In this document: in pieces, positions 1 through 11,230 of the stretch
Position numbering within the stretch: position 1 is the first letter of the stretch
Layout: each line of letters opens with the position of its first letter
Source of the DNA: Chiloscyllium plagiosum
Lineage: Eukaryota
Direction of reading: 5' to 3'
Length of the DNA: 34,041 nucleotides
Assembly (NCBI RefSeq): GCF_004010195.1
Contig: NC_057758.1
Coordinates: forward strand, 3,153,819 to 3,187,859
The notes under the pieces: model-generated
Seen by the model: the letters and a program-made list of their open reading frames with translations, nothing else
Told to the model about the DNA's origin: nothing
Databases searched by the model: none
Program-made: the position numbers and the translations under genes

Positions 1-1320
1 ACTAATTCAGCATGGGATGGGATCCTAATTGGCGTTCAGTTGGCAAGGAGATTGAGAAAAGTGAGTTCACAAAAGAGCTTTCAAGGTCACAAGAGTTCAC
101 CGCCAAGCTGGAAGGTGGTTTGCAGTGTGCCTACTGCAATGTCAGGAACGTCCAGAATAACGTGAGTGAACTTGCAGCATGGGCTGATACCGGGTACTTC
201 GATGTTCTGAACATTTTGGAGCATGGATAGACCAGGGACGGGAACGGTTGTTGCACGTTCCGGGATCTTGATATTTCAGTAAAAGCAAAAAAGACAGTAA
301 AAGAGGGGGTGGTGTGGCATTGTTAGTCAAGAACAGTATTACGGTGGCAGAAAGGACAATTGAGGATTTGTCTACTGAGGTAGTAATGGCTGAGGTTAGC
401 AGCAGGAAAGGAGAGGTCACCCTGTTGAAAGCTTTCTATCAGATTCCGAATACTTCCAGAGCTGTAGAATAAAGGATAGCCAACAAAGTTCAGTGTAGGT
501 GCGAGAGCAACAGAGTAATTGTGGAGGAAGACTTTAACTTTCCAAACAATGAAAGGCAAACCTATTGTTCAAGTACTTTATTTCGGTCAGTTTTTGATGT
601 ATGTGTGCACAATGGTTTCCTGACACTGTATGTCGACAAGCCAACAAGGGGCGAGGCGAAATTGGATTTGGTATGAAGTAATGAATCTGGTCTGGCATTA
701 GATTCAGAGTTAGGTAAGCACTTTGGTGATAATGACCACAATTCGATTGTTTACTGGCGATGGAAAGTGATATGTTTATAATGCAGGGCAAGAGTTGTTG
801 CTGGGGGGAAAGCAATGATGATTGGATTAAGCATGATTCAAAGCGTATAGGATGCGGAAGGAAATTGTAGGAGATGGACACAATTGATATTTGGGTCTTA
901 GTCAAGGAACAACGACTGCTTGTCCTTGGTACATTTGTACCAGTCAGGCAAGGAGGAAGTTGTCGAGCAAGGGAACAGCGGATTGCTAAAGACATTAAAT
1001 CTCTTATCAAGAGGAAGAAGAAGGCTAATGTTCGGATGAGATGTGAAAGCTCAGTTTGCGGCGGTTGACAGTTACACGTTACCCAGTAAAGTCCTAAAGC
1101 ATGAGCTAAGAAGAGCCAAGTGGGGACGTGAGAAGTCGTTGGCATACAGAATCAAGGCAACCGCTAAAGCCTTCGATAGGTATATCGGGAATAAATGAAT
1201 AACTAGAGGAAGTTTACGGCAAGTGAAGAATAGTAGTGGGAAGTTGTGTGTGGAGTTCAATGAGATGGGGAAGCGCTAAATGAATATTTTTCGCCAGTTT
1301 TCAAAATGGGGAAAGTCAAT
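1..1320 (+). mobile_element. CR1-clade LINE, decayed ORF2 AP-endonuclease and linker (segment 1 of a split copy)
   Basis: LQCAYCNVRNVQNNVSELAAW (EN start, cf. NARS..NK..EL), RGGGVALLVK, EDFNFP, LDLV, NDHN, LNEYFSPVF, with frameshifts and stops. Confidence 0.9.
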
Positions 1321-1770
1321 AAAACATTGAACATAGAACATAACAGCGCAATACAGGCCTTTTGGCCGTCGGTGCTGTGCCTGACCTATGGAATCAATCT
1401 GAAGCCTCCCTATCCGACTGTATTCCATTTTCTTCCATGTGTTTATCCAATGGGCATTTAAAAGCGTTTCAAGTTGGCGAGTCTACTACTGTAGACCTCC
1501 ATGAGTTCCACGCCCCTACTACACTCTGAGTGAAGAAGCTACCTCTGACATGTGTCCTATATCAATCACCCCTCAGTTTAAAGCTGTGTCCCTTCGTGCT
1601 AGCCATCACAATTTGAGGAGCAAGGCTCTCATTGTCAACCTTATCTAAACCACTGATTCTCTTATATGTCTCAATTAAGTCACTTCTCAACCTTCTTCTC
1701 TCCGAAGAAAACAGCCAGAAGTCCCGAAAACTTTAGTCATATGCCCTTCCCTCCAAACTTGGCAACACTC
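1321..1770 (-). mobile_element. CR1 LINE 3' end, 5'-truncated, inserted antisense into the CR1 above
   Basis: AACATAGAACATA is the reverse complement of a (TTCTATG)n tail; minus strand has the FFTQSVVG.WN-type ORF2 C-terminus; host CR1 resumes at about 1771. Confidence 0.85.
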
Positions 1771-2028
1771 TAATGTTTCCGAAGAGAATATTGAGATACA
1801 GGCTAAGAGACTCGGCGTGATTACGTTTCACAAGAAGGTGAAATGACCAATTCTGGGAAGTGTGGATGGGATTTATCCTAGGATTTTCTGTGACGTGAGA
1901 GAAGGGATTGCAAAGTCTTTGGCTTTGATCTTTATGCCGTCATTGTCTGCAGGAATAGTGACAGAAGACGAATAGCAAATGTGGTTACTTTGTTCAAGAT
2001 GGGGAGTCGAGACAAACCTGGTAATTAT
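1771..2028 (+). mobile_element. CR1 ORF2 continuation (pre-RT region)
   Basis: DGIYPRIF, IAKSLALIF, ANVV.LFK.GSRDKPGNY; ends at the LTR insertion point. Confidence 0.85.
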
Positions 2029-2121
2029 TGTCACAAAGCTGGTCGTTCTTCCAAAAGCTGTTCCTTTTCTCATGGATACTGAATCCTTGGTTTTTTTTTT
2101 GCAGGGGGTACTAAAACACTC

Positions 2122-2529
2122 CCAGGCAGAAGCGAGGGCTGAAGATGCTGGAAATCAGAGTCTAGATTAGAGTTTTGCTGGAAAAAGCACAGCAGTTCAG
2201 ACAGCATCCCAGGAGCAGGAAAATTCAATGTTTCTGGCAAAAGACGAACATCAGGAATGAAGACAAAGAGCTTCCAGATAAATGAGAGGGGGGTGCTGGG
2301 GAGAAGAGAGATAAATGGGAGGGTGTGTGGCTGGGGAGAAGAAAGATAAATGGAAGGGGTGGTGACTGGGAGAAAGGAGATAAATGGGAAGGGGTGGGCT
2401 GGAAAGAAGCCTCTGCAACCTGGTGGGTCCCTGCTTTCATTCCTGATAAAGGGTTTTTGCCCGGAACGTCGATTTTCCTGCTCCTCGAATGATGCCTCAT
2501 CTGCTATGCTTTTCCAGCAGCACTCTCAT
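2122..2529. mobile_element. Non-autonomous Penelope-derived fold-back element with two decayed hammerhead motifs
   Basis: Inverted arms at about 2166-2259 and 2438-2533 around a GA-rich spacer; arms match the PLE tail at 32444-32576; near-TSD CTAAAACACTC (2111-2121) / CTAAAACCCTC (2530-2540). Confidence 0.75.
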
Positions 2530-3035
2530 CTAAAACCCTCTTAGTTCCCATTATATTGGTTTGGTACAGAGATTAAAGGGTTATGAGAGGCCAATTTATT
2601 TATATGTAAACAGATGAGACTTCAGGACAAAGTGGTCATGTTTTAGAAGTGACCTGTGTAATGGAAGAGGAGTGGTCAGCTCTCTAGTTGAGCAGTTCAG
2701 TCCAGAACGAGTTAGGAGTTCAACAGTGAACTTTGTGGAAACAAACACTCGCTCTCCTTCTGCCCTTGTAATTTCAACCAGTGAACATTTATTTCTTTTT
2801 TGACTTTTTTAAAAGGCGGTTTGCTGATAGGGACTGTTGTCTACTTTCGGAACAACATAAATATATCTAGTTTGGATAGACTGATAATCTGTAAGCGTTT
2901 TTCGTTCTGTTCCTTGTGTTTCATTGTGTAATATTGTCAGTAAATTTTTGTATGATTTAAAACCGGGTAGTCAACCTCGCTAATTTACTCTGGTTAATTT
3001 TAACATTGCACTTACAGAAACAAATTGCATAGTTA

Positions 3036-3343
3036 TTAGATTAGATTACAGTGTGGAAACAGGCCCTTCGGCCCAACAAGTCCACACCGACCCGCCGAAG
3101 CGCAACCCACCCACACACCTACATTTACCCCGTACCTAACACTACGGGCAATTTAGTATGGCCAATTCACCTGACCTGCACATCTTTGGACTGTGGGAGG
3201 AAACCGGAGCACCCGGAGGAAACCCACGCAGACACGGGGAGAATGTGCAAACTCCACACAGTCAGTCGCCTGAGTCGGGAAATGAACCCGGGTCTCTGGC
3301 GCTGCGAGGCAGCAGTGCTAACCACTGGGCCACCGTGCCGCCC
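3036..3343 (-). mobile_element. tRNA-derived V-SINE (HE1-like), full length and well preserved
   Basis: Minus strand: A box TGGCCCAGTGG, B box GGTTCATTTCC, V-domain GTGGGTTTCCTCCGGGTGCTCCGGTTTCCTCCCACAGTCCAAAGA, CR1-like tail ending (TCTAA)n. Confidence 0.92.
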
Positions 3344-3399
3344 ACGGTTTGGTCTGCCTGCTTAAGAATGTTTTGAGTGGTCTGGCCTAGCCCATTTCA

Positions 3400-3787
3400 T
3401 TATAGACCAGTTAGCTGTACTTCACTTGTGTTAAAGTGTTGGAAAAATTTATAAGAGATAGGATTTGTAATCAAATAGAGAAGAATAAGTTGATTAGCGA
3501 TAGTCAACACGGTTTTCTGAAAGGTAGGCCGTAACTCACAGACCTTATTGAATTATATGAGATGTTGACCAAACAGTTGAATGACGGCAAAGCAGTTGAT
3601 ATGGTATAGATCAATTTCAGTAAGGCGGTTGATAAGGTTCCCCACAGTAGGCTATTGCAGAAAATACAAAGGCATGGGATTGAGGGTGATTTAGCGTTTG
3701 AGATCATAAATTGGCTCGCTGAAAGAAGACAGAGGGTGATAGTTGATGGGAAATGTTTATCCTGGATATGAGTTACTAGTAGTGTAC
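3400..3787 (+). mobile_element. CR1 reverse transcriptase N-terminal half (last segment of the split copy)
   Basis: RPVS..SQHGFLKGR..LIELY..FSKAVDKVPHSRLLQK..WLAERRQRV..VTSSV; truncated before the PQGS motif. Confidence 0.9.
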
Positions 3788-6147
3788 GAGATTGTGTTGT
3801 GGTAGCAGAAAGACAGAAGGTGTTATGGGTCACACATGATCTACATGTAGGAGGTTACCTAGGGGTATGAAATACTCAGGCTAAGGTACAAAAGCATTTC
3901 TATGAGCCTGGAAGGAACAATGATGTGGTTACCTTTTGTTGTATGTGTAATACATGCCAAATGGTAGGTACGCTACGGGCGATAACAAAACATGCAACTT
4001 TGTTGCCAATTCCTGAATTTGAAGAAACTTTCACGTGGGCTATAATTTATTGTGTAGGACCCTTTCCAAGAACTAAATGTGGGAACCAGTACTTGTTCAC
4101 ATTAATGGATGTGTCTTCCAGATTTTCAGAGGCAATTTCATTATGGCAAAAAATGAAGTGGAGGAGTTAGTAACTTTCTTCACATGGTACGGTCTTTCCA
4201 GAGAGATTCAGTTGAACCAACGGTCAACGTTAACTGCTAGGCTGTTTAAGAAGTTTATAGATATCTTCTGTATGCAGCACTTTGAATCCGGTGCGTATCG
4301 TTCTGAATCCCAGTGAGCTTTAGAAAGGTGGCACCTGACCAGAAAGACCATTTTAACAGCATACTGTCAGCATTACCCGAATGATAAGGCTAAAGGTTTA
4401 TCCTTTCGCAATGTTTGACATTAGAGATGCGCCAAATGAATCTACTTCATTTCACTCCCTTCAAGTTAATATTCGGGCATGAAGTGAGAGGCCCTTTAAA
4501 ATTAGTTACTGCTCTGCAGTGTGAGGAGCCAAATCCAGATGTTAATTTTGATGTGGCTCAAAATAGATTAAAACATGAAGAAGTCCTTGAAGAGTGGGGT
4601 AGGTTAGTAAAAAAAGCAACTGTCTCATGAGCATAGATCGCATTGGAAAGATTTGTTACTGCAGTATGAGGACATATGTAAGAATCAGATGGGGAGAACT
4701 AATGCTGTTATAAATTAAGTAGACGTAAGGAATACTGCTACAAATAAAAAAACACCGATAGCAGCTTCATGCATTCAAAGCCAGAGAGGTCCAAGTAGAA
4801 GAGGAGGCCATGCTCGACGAAGACATCATCGAACCAAGCCTGAGTGCGTGGAGTTCAATGATCACCTTTGTTCCCAAGCCGGATGGGGCTCAACTATTCT
4901 GCGTGGATTATGAAAAGGGCAAAATCAGACTCATATCCAATTCTGAGATTGAAGGACTGTATCGAGAAACTTGGAGAAGCCAGTTAAATCACCAAGTTGG
5001 ACTTAATACGTGATTACTGGCAGTTACCTGTATCAGTGACGAACAAAGACATTTCTGCTTTTGTAACCACAAATAGGCAATATCAATTTAAAGTAATGAC
5101 CTTTGGAATGAAGAAAGCACCCACAACATTCCAAGGATTCATTAATATAGTTGTAGTTGTGTTAACAAACTGCAAACTGTATTAGTACGATGTAGTGATC
5201 TTTAGTAAGTCCTGGAAAAATCATATGTTCTCTTTGAACGACTACAAGAAACAAAACTGGTGACAACATTAAATATAACTGAATTCGCAAAATCAAAGTA
5301 AACGTTCTTGTGACATAACATCGCTCATGGAAGGTTGAACCTCCCCCACACCCCATCCAACCCCGGAGAGCAAAGATGAAGGCCATAGAGGAATTTCCAC
5401 AACCACTCTCGAAGAAAGAAGTATTTCGATTCCTACGACTCAGCGTATTCTATCAGTACTTTGTTCCAAGCTTCAGCAGTGTCGTTAACCGATTTGCTGA
5501 AGAAAAACACAGTGGATTGAACAACACTTAGAGGCATTCGAACATTTGAAACCGATATTAACCACCAATCCAGTTTTACCTACACCAAACGTTTGAAAAC
5601 CTGTTAAAGTCGTAATCGATGCTCATGACATCGGATTTGGAGAAGTACTTCTGCAGAAGGACGAGGATGGGATTGAACTACCAGTTGGTTCCGTTCGAAG
5701 AAGATCAACATCCACCAGAGGAAACACTCCACAATCGAAAAAAAATGCTATTGAGAGTGCTACTAGCCCTCCAACCTATTTGATGTGTTTTTCACAAACA
5801 ACGTGTCAGAGACGGTTTTGAAAACGGATCACAATCTGGTTACATTCTTAGAAAGCTTTAGAGGTAAGAATATGAAACTATTTCGTGGGAGTCTTACGTT
5901 AGAGAATATTAATTTAAAAATCGTGCCTTTTGAGCGTCATATGAATGTAGTCGTGGATTTAACTGATAAACCTGAGATGAGATTTGTATTTATTTAATGT
6001 TGGATACATATGCACAGTTATATGGGAAGAAGTTAAGGTTAGAACTTAGATTAAAGTGTTCGGTATGCTAGGGTGATGTGGTTAAAGAATAGAAAAGAAA
6101 GTGAAGCCATCTTTTCATTATGCTGGTTTATTTTGTCTTGGGGGTGG
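3788..6147 (+). mobile_element. Gmr1-like Ty3/Gypsy element A, decayed internal region: integrase->RT->RNase H
   Basis: IN: H..GGYLG, CNTCQ, CVGPFP, MDVSSRFSEA, YRSESQ, TPFKLIFGHEVRGPL; RT: SAWSS, FCVDY, LDLIRDYWQ, MTFGMKKAPTTFQ; RH: IDAHD, TDHN; G-rich PPT-like tract just before 6148. Confidence 0.9.
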
Positions 6148-6850
6148 TGTTATGAGGATGTGCCTGTACTGTACTTTAAAGAAAATTTAAAGCTTGCAGA
6201 ACTACCTGAAAACACCTAGTGTTCTGAATAATGAACAATGTAACATTTTGTTCTAGCAGCAGCTACTGTAGCTGTTTGCCAGGAGACAAAAACGAATTCA
6301 AATTGGACCAATCAGTTAAAATTATACCACCAAAAAACCAGACCCCAATCAAGTTTGTGTTTAGGATATGGACAATATTAGAAGTCAATGACACAATCCG
6401 ATGCTTTTGTTATTAGACCATGAAAACCTGATCAGTGGTGGGTTAACTGCCAAGCCACCAACACATGCAGCCTGCCGATAGAATAATCTCTTAAAGGTAC
6501 CTTTATTGAGCAGTGACCCGTTGAAACAGAAATACATAACAAGAAGAAAAGAAGATGGAGGACGAAATAAAGTGAAGATTCGATCGCAGTTTGGTTTTGA
6601 AATTTAAAAGTTTCAATAATTCTTAGTCGGGTGTTTTATCCAACTAGTATTATGGAATGGGACAGTAAAGGAATGAGTTATAAATAATTGTTTGTTATGT
6701 ATTCTCTGTTATAGGTTAAGAAATAAAGTTGTTATTTTTTACTTTAAATGGTGCTTGTCCTCTCGAAATTTCACAGAGTACTGCACGGGATAAACCTTTT
6801 CTGTGTTTATTGTTTAAATTAAGCAGGAGGGTCTTTCCCATGACATAACA
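6148..6850 (+). mobile_element. 3' LTR of Gypsy element A
   Basis: Perfect terminal inverted repeat TGTTATG...CATAACA; AATAAA near 6722; homologous along its length to the LTRs at 18446 and 28095. Confidence 0.92.
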
Positions 6851-7493
6851 AGTGGGACATGAGCTACAAGAATTTAATCATTTAGGGGTGAGGAAAACTC
6901 AATCTAAAATAGGAAAACATTCTTACTGCCTGGATTGCACAGGGATGTAGTTGAATTTTGCCAGATGTGTCTGGTTATTAGAAGACCACAGGCCTGTACC
7001 TTTAATAACTATTCTTGCAGTTTAGCGACCTTTTACAATAGTATTTATTAATTGTGCAGGACCCTACCTAAAATAAAACAGTGGGAGTCAGTGTTTGTTC
7101 ACAGTAATGGATATGTCCAATAGATTTCCAGAGGACATTCCATTACACAATATCACAGCTGAAAGGATTGCAGAGGAAGCACTCATTTTTTTTTTACTCG
7201 ATAAGGACTACCCACAGAGATACAATCAGATCAATGGAAAATCTTTATGTTAAATGTAATCCAGGGCATTATAGATTGTTTAGGACTAAAACAATTCAAT
7301 CTACTGCGTACTATCCAGTTTCTCAGTGAACGCATCAGATATTAAAAACTATGTTGAGGTCTTATACTCAAGATTACCACCTTAATTTGGATAAGGGCAT
7401 TTTGTTTGTGCTGTTTGAAATCAGAGATGCAAGAAATGATTCGACCAAATTCAGTGCACTTGAATTAGGTTTTGAGCAAAAGGTGAGAGAACT

Positions 7494-8460
7494 GTTGCGG
7501 TTCTGTTCGCCGAGCTGGGAATGTGTGTTGCAGACGTTTCGTCCCCTGTCTATGTGACATCCTCAGTGCGTGGGAGCCTCCTGTGAAGCGCTTCTGTGAT
7601 GTTTCCTCCGTCGTTTATAGTGATTTGTATCTGTCACTTCCGGTTGCCAGTTCCAGCTGTCCACTGCAGTGGCCGGTATATTGGGTCCAGGTAGATGTGC
7701 TTATTGATTCAATCTGCGGATGAATGGCATGCCTCTAGGAATTTCCTGGCTGTTCTCTGTTTGGCTTGTCCTATAATAGTAGTGTTGTCCCAGTCGAATT
7801 CATGTTGCTTGTCATCTGAGTATGTCGCTACGAAGGATAGCTGGTCGTGTCGTTTCGTGGATAGTTGGTGTTCATGGATGCCAATCGTTAGCTTTCTTCC
7901 TGTTTTTTCTATGTCGTGTTTTGTGCAGTCCTTGCATGGGATTTTGTACACAACCATTGGTTTTGCTCATGCATCGGGTCCTTCGTCCTGGTGAGTTGTT
8001 GTCTGAGAGTGGCTGTTGGTTTGTGTGCTGTTATGAGTCCTAGTGGTCGCAGTAGTCTGGCTGTCAGTTCGGAAATGCTCTTCATGTATGGTGGTGTGGC
8101 TAGCCCTTTGGGTTGTGGCATGTCCTCATTCCGTTGTCTTTCCCTTAGATATTTGTTGATGATATTGTGGGGTATCTGTTTTTGGCGAATACATTGTATT
8201 GGTGTTCTTAATCCTCTTTTTGCAGTTCTGGTGTACTGCAGTGTGTTGTGGCCCTTTTGAATAGCGTCTTGATGCAACTTCTTTTGTGTGTGTTGGGGTG
8301 GTTGCTTTCGTATTTCAGGACTTGATCTGTGTGTGTGGCTTTCCTGTATACCTTTGTGGTGAATTGTGGTGACGAAACGTCTGCAACACAAATTCCCAGC
8401 TCGGCGAACAGAACCACAACAACGAGCACCCGAGCTACAAATCTTCTCACAAACGTTGAA
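7494..8460 (-). mobile_element. Penelope-like element (Poseidon-type): RT thumb and GIY-YIG endonuclease, with inverted pLTR
   Basis: VYRKATHTDQVL, VVYKIPCKDCTKHDIEKTGRKL, RKFLEACH; terminal inverted copies at 7494-7543 and about 8371-8420; 11-bp TSD GTGAGAGAACT (7483-7493, 8461-8471). Confidence 0.92.
7530..7569 (-). ncRNA. Minimal hammerhead ribozyme motif with intact core
   Basis: Minus strand GCA-CTGAGGA-T-GTCAC-ATAGACAG-GGGAC-GAAA-C-GTC-TGC: stem I GCA/TGC, CUGANGA, stem II with one mismatch, GAAA, palindromic ACGT, GUC cleavage triplet. Confidence 0.8.
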
Positions 8461-8691
8461 GTGAGAGAACTATTAAACTTGATTAAGGAGAAATGTGTAA
8501 GTCAGAATTCAGAGATCACAAATTCGGTCTGTGTGTCAAATTTTCAGAAATGATTTAATGCAGCGAAGAAGTCAGCTGGACAGCATTGAAAAATATCACA
8601 ACATGCAATAAACCAGGAAGCAGAAAATAAATCAAATACTAGCAAATTTGATATGAGAGATAAGATTCTAGAGATTGATGAATCTTTAAAA

Positions 8692-8877
8692 GGAAAGTTA
8701 AAAAGCAAACACCACATTATGTTCCAACAGGTTTATTTGGAATTACTAGCTTTCGAAGCGCTGCTCCTTCATTAGATAAGAAAGCTACTGATTCCAAAGA
8801 AGCCTGTTGGGATATAACTTGTTGTTGTATGATTTTTAACTTTGTCCACCTGAAGCCAACACCGGCACCTCCAAATG
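8692..8877. mobile_element. Short PLE-derived fold-back element with a decayed hammerhead
   Basis: Inverted arms 8694-8753 and 8781-8843; minus-strand CTAATGA-AGGAGCAGCGCTTC-GAAA-GCTA at 8746-8775; TSD TTTAAAA (8685-8691, 8878-8884). Confidence 0.72.
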
Positions 8878-10715
8878 TTTAAAATCAAGGTTTAGTGTCC
8901 TCATAAGTTGAAAAGAATGTGAGTGAAGTGATGTATTTGATAAGGACTCAGGACACAAATAAATTTCACGGAGAATGCCATGTGAGTAGTTCAAAAGGTA
9001 TTTTGACAGGGATGGAAATCCAGAAAAGACTGAATTATTGGTTACAACACAATGGGGAGAGCCAGGTTCAGATGATTCTGATTTGGACATTCTGCAAATT
9101 AAATTGGACCATGAGGGAATTGTCAAAAACTGAAGTAAATTATTGAATCACCTCCCAGAGGATTATCGAAATTATCTGCAAGAGTTAATACGATGACGTG
9201 TCGAGATATGTGGAAACAATTATGTGTGTTGTATATGAAGGAGATGCTGTTCCACTGAAGCAACATCTTTATCGGCATTACACTCTCAAGTTGACACATG
9301 TACAAAAGGAGAGTGAACACATGCTCCAAGATGACACTATCGAAGTGATTTACGCTGACTTGAGGTCACCCATATTAACGGTGGCAACACCAGAACGTAC
9401 CTAACGGTTATGTATGGACTATCACAAAGTCAATGCAGTTACAGAGGCTGATGAATATCAGATTCTGCGTTTGGAAAATTGTGTTGAAAAGGTGGAACTT
9501 ACATTTCTAATTTGGACTTTCTCAGAGGATACTCTCGGATACCTTGGTCAGAAAGAGTGAAGGCAATTTCCCCTTTCGTATCTCCAAAAGGACTGCATCA
9601 CGTTAGAGTCATGCCATTTGATATCAATAATGTGTCTGCCACATTTCAGAGATTAACTAATAAGGTCATTGCCGGATAATCCAACTGTATCTTAGACATT
9701 GACGACCTGGTGATTTTCAGTCACATGTGAAAGAACAGTTGCAACATTTATCAAACATTTCGATCGACTTTAGGAGGCAGGCTTGTTGATAAACCTGGCT
9801 AAAGGTGAATTTCCCAAAGCTCAAGTCACTTTCCTGGGCAATGTTATTGGAAACGGAGGAAAAGGCCCCACTGAATGCAAAACCAAAGATATTTCACGAG
9901 TTTCCCATAACAATAACAAAAGGAGCATTATTACAGTTCCTGAGATTGAGTGGGTTTTATCAAAAATTTGAGCCGAATTTTAGTCGTGTGGCTGCTGGAC
10001 TCACTGAATTCTGAACAAAAGCAAGATGTTTTAGTTGACAACGGGCTGTCAAATGGCATTTGAAAGCATTAAAGCTGTGCTAACCACTGCCCCAGTGTTA
10101 GCCACAACTGATTACGCAAAAACATTAAAGGTGGCTATTGATATTGATAAGTGATGTAAATATCAGTGCTGTGGCCTTGCAAGAAGACAACGAGAAAATA
10201 GGAAGACCTATTGCGGATCTCTATAGGAAATTTAATATTCATCCGCAAAAATGTTCGACGTTTGAGAAGGAGACTTTGAGCTTGGTGTTGCCACGACATG
10301 TAATCATTGTCTATGTTACCAGTAATGTATCTGAGACAATGATGTACACTGATCATAACCTATTGTAGTTTGTGAAACAAGCTGTCCTCAATCCGATTCA
10401 GTGTAATGAGACAGGAATAATTAATGATCTCCTAGTGATGGATCCTCTCGGAATCTGGGATCATAATACATGGAACATGAGAGCAAACATCTCAAGATAT
10501 AGAAGCAGGTAGCAAAGGTTCCTGTAAATATATAAAACAAAACTGAGTGCATAAGGTAAAAATTGGTCTTTGGAGGATGACAACGACAATTTAATAATTG
10601 GAAATAAGGCAACAGCCAAAGATTAAACAGGTATTTTGTGTCCGATTTCACATTGCAAGACAAAAGTAAAATACCAATAATTGATGACAGGGAGGCTTCG
10701 TGGGTGACATCCAGA

Positions 10716-11230
10716 AAAGAATACTCCTAGTATATTATCCAGTATTGGCGGGCTGACGTGGAGAATGACTGGCAGGAGCTGGCGGCCAAGGCCAAGGCCA
10801 GCTTCAGCAGGCCCGAGCTTAGCAGGGTCGCCAGATTTTGCAGGGACGGAGAGGAACAACCAGTGAGCTGGAGCTCGGAGCGATCAGATTGTACAGCTCT
10901 CACGCCTGGCAGAGCGGGCAGAGTGAGACCACGTTTGGAAAGCCCACAGCGTGTAGAGACTCTAGGCAAAAGAAGGACTGTGATGTTGCTCGTTTCACTT
11001 TATTTCTTTAACGTCCTAATTTATACGATGAAAAACTTTAATGAAAAAACTTTTTAGCTTTTCTCTTTATTTCTGTGTTTTGTACCTGAACAATTATAGC
11101 ACCCAAGACTTCCATCCAATCACTTCGTAGCTTAGATAATGACTTCTGTAGTGACATCGTACACATTTAACTGTATTCCTGTAGTCGTTACTTGAGAACA
11201 CATGACATTTAAACTAATTAGAATCAATTC
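10716..11230 (+). other. Unclassified insert with a GC-rich head and an AT-rich, LINE-like tail
   Basis: Interrupts collinear CR1 sequence; GC-rich at 10745-10980; ends ...CACATGACATTTAAACTAATTAGAATCAATTCA; boundaries approximate. Confidence 0.4.

Larger units (their letters stand above)
2029..3399 (+). mobile_element. Solo LTR (Gypsy-type) carrying two nested insertions
   Basis: Begins TG (TGTCACA), ends CA; 4-bp TSD TTAT at 2025-2028 and 3400-3403; removing it restores CR1 CCTGGTAATTATAGACCAGTTAGC (PGNYRPVS). Strand inferred only from an AGTAAA polyA-like signal near 2939. Confidence 0.85.
6851..10380 (+). mobile_element. Gmr1-like Gypsy element B, decayed integrase->RT->RNase H, interrupted by two PLE insertions
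   Basis: HLGVRKTQ, MDMSNRFPE, EIQSDQ, LFEIRDARN; RT: LCMDYHKVNAVT, VMPF, DIDDL, VTFLG, QFLRLSGFY; RH: YTDHN; no 3' LTR seen. Confidence 0.88.

Noticed and set aside
534..1145. 203-aa minus-strand ORF
   Set aside because: Antisense shadow of CR1 ORF2; no recognisable domain
3270..3343. tRNA-like sequence with A and B boxes
   Set aside because: It is the head of a V-SINE, not a tRNA gene
3822..3828. TGTTATG identical to the LTR start
   Set aside because: Lies in collinear integrase-coding sequence (KVLWV), with no further LTR similarity
10758..11057. 99-aa GC-rich ORF as a host gene
   Set aside because: GTG start, no motif, no splice context, and embedded in an insert within a CR1
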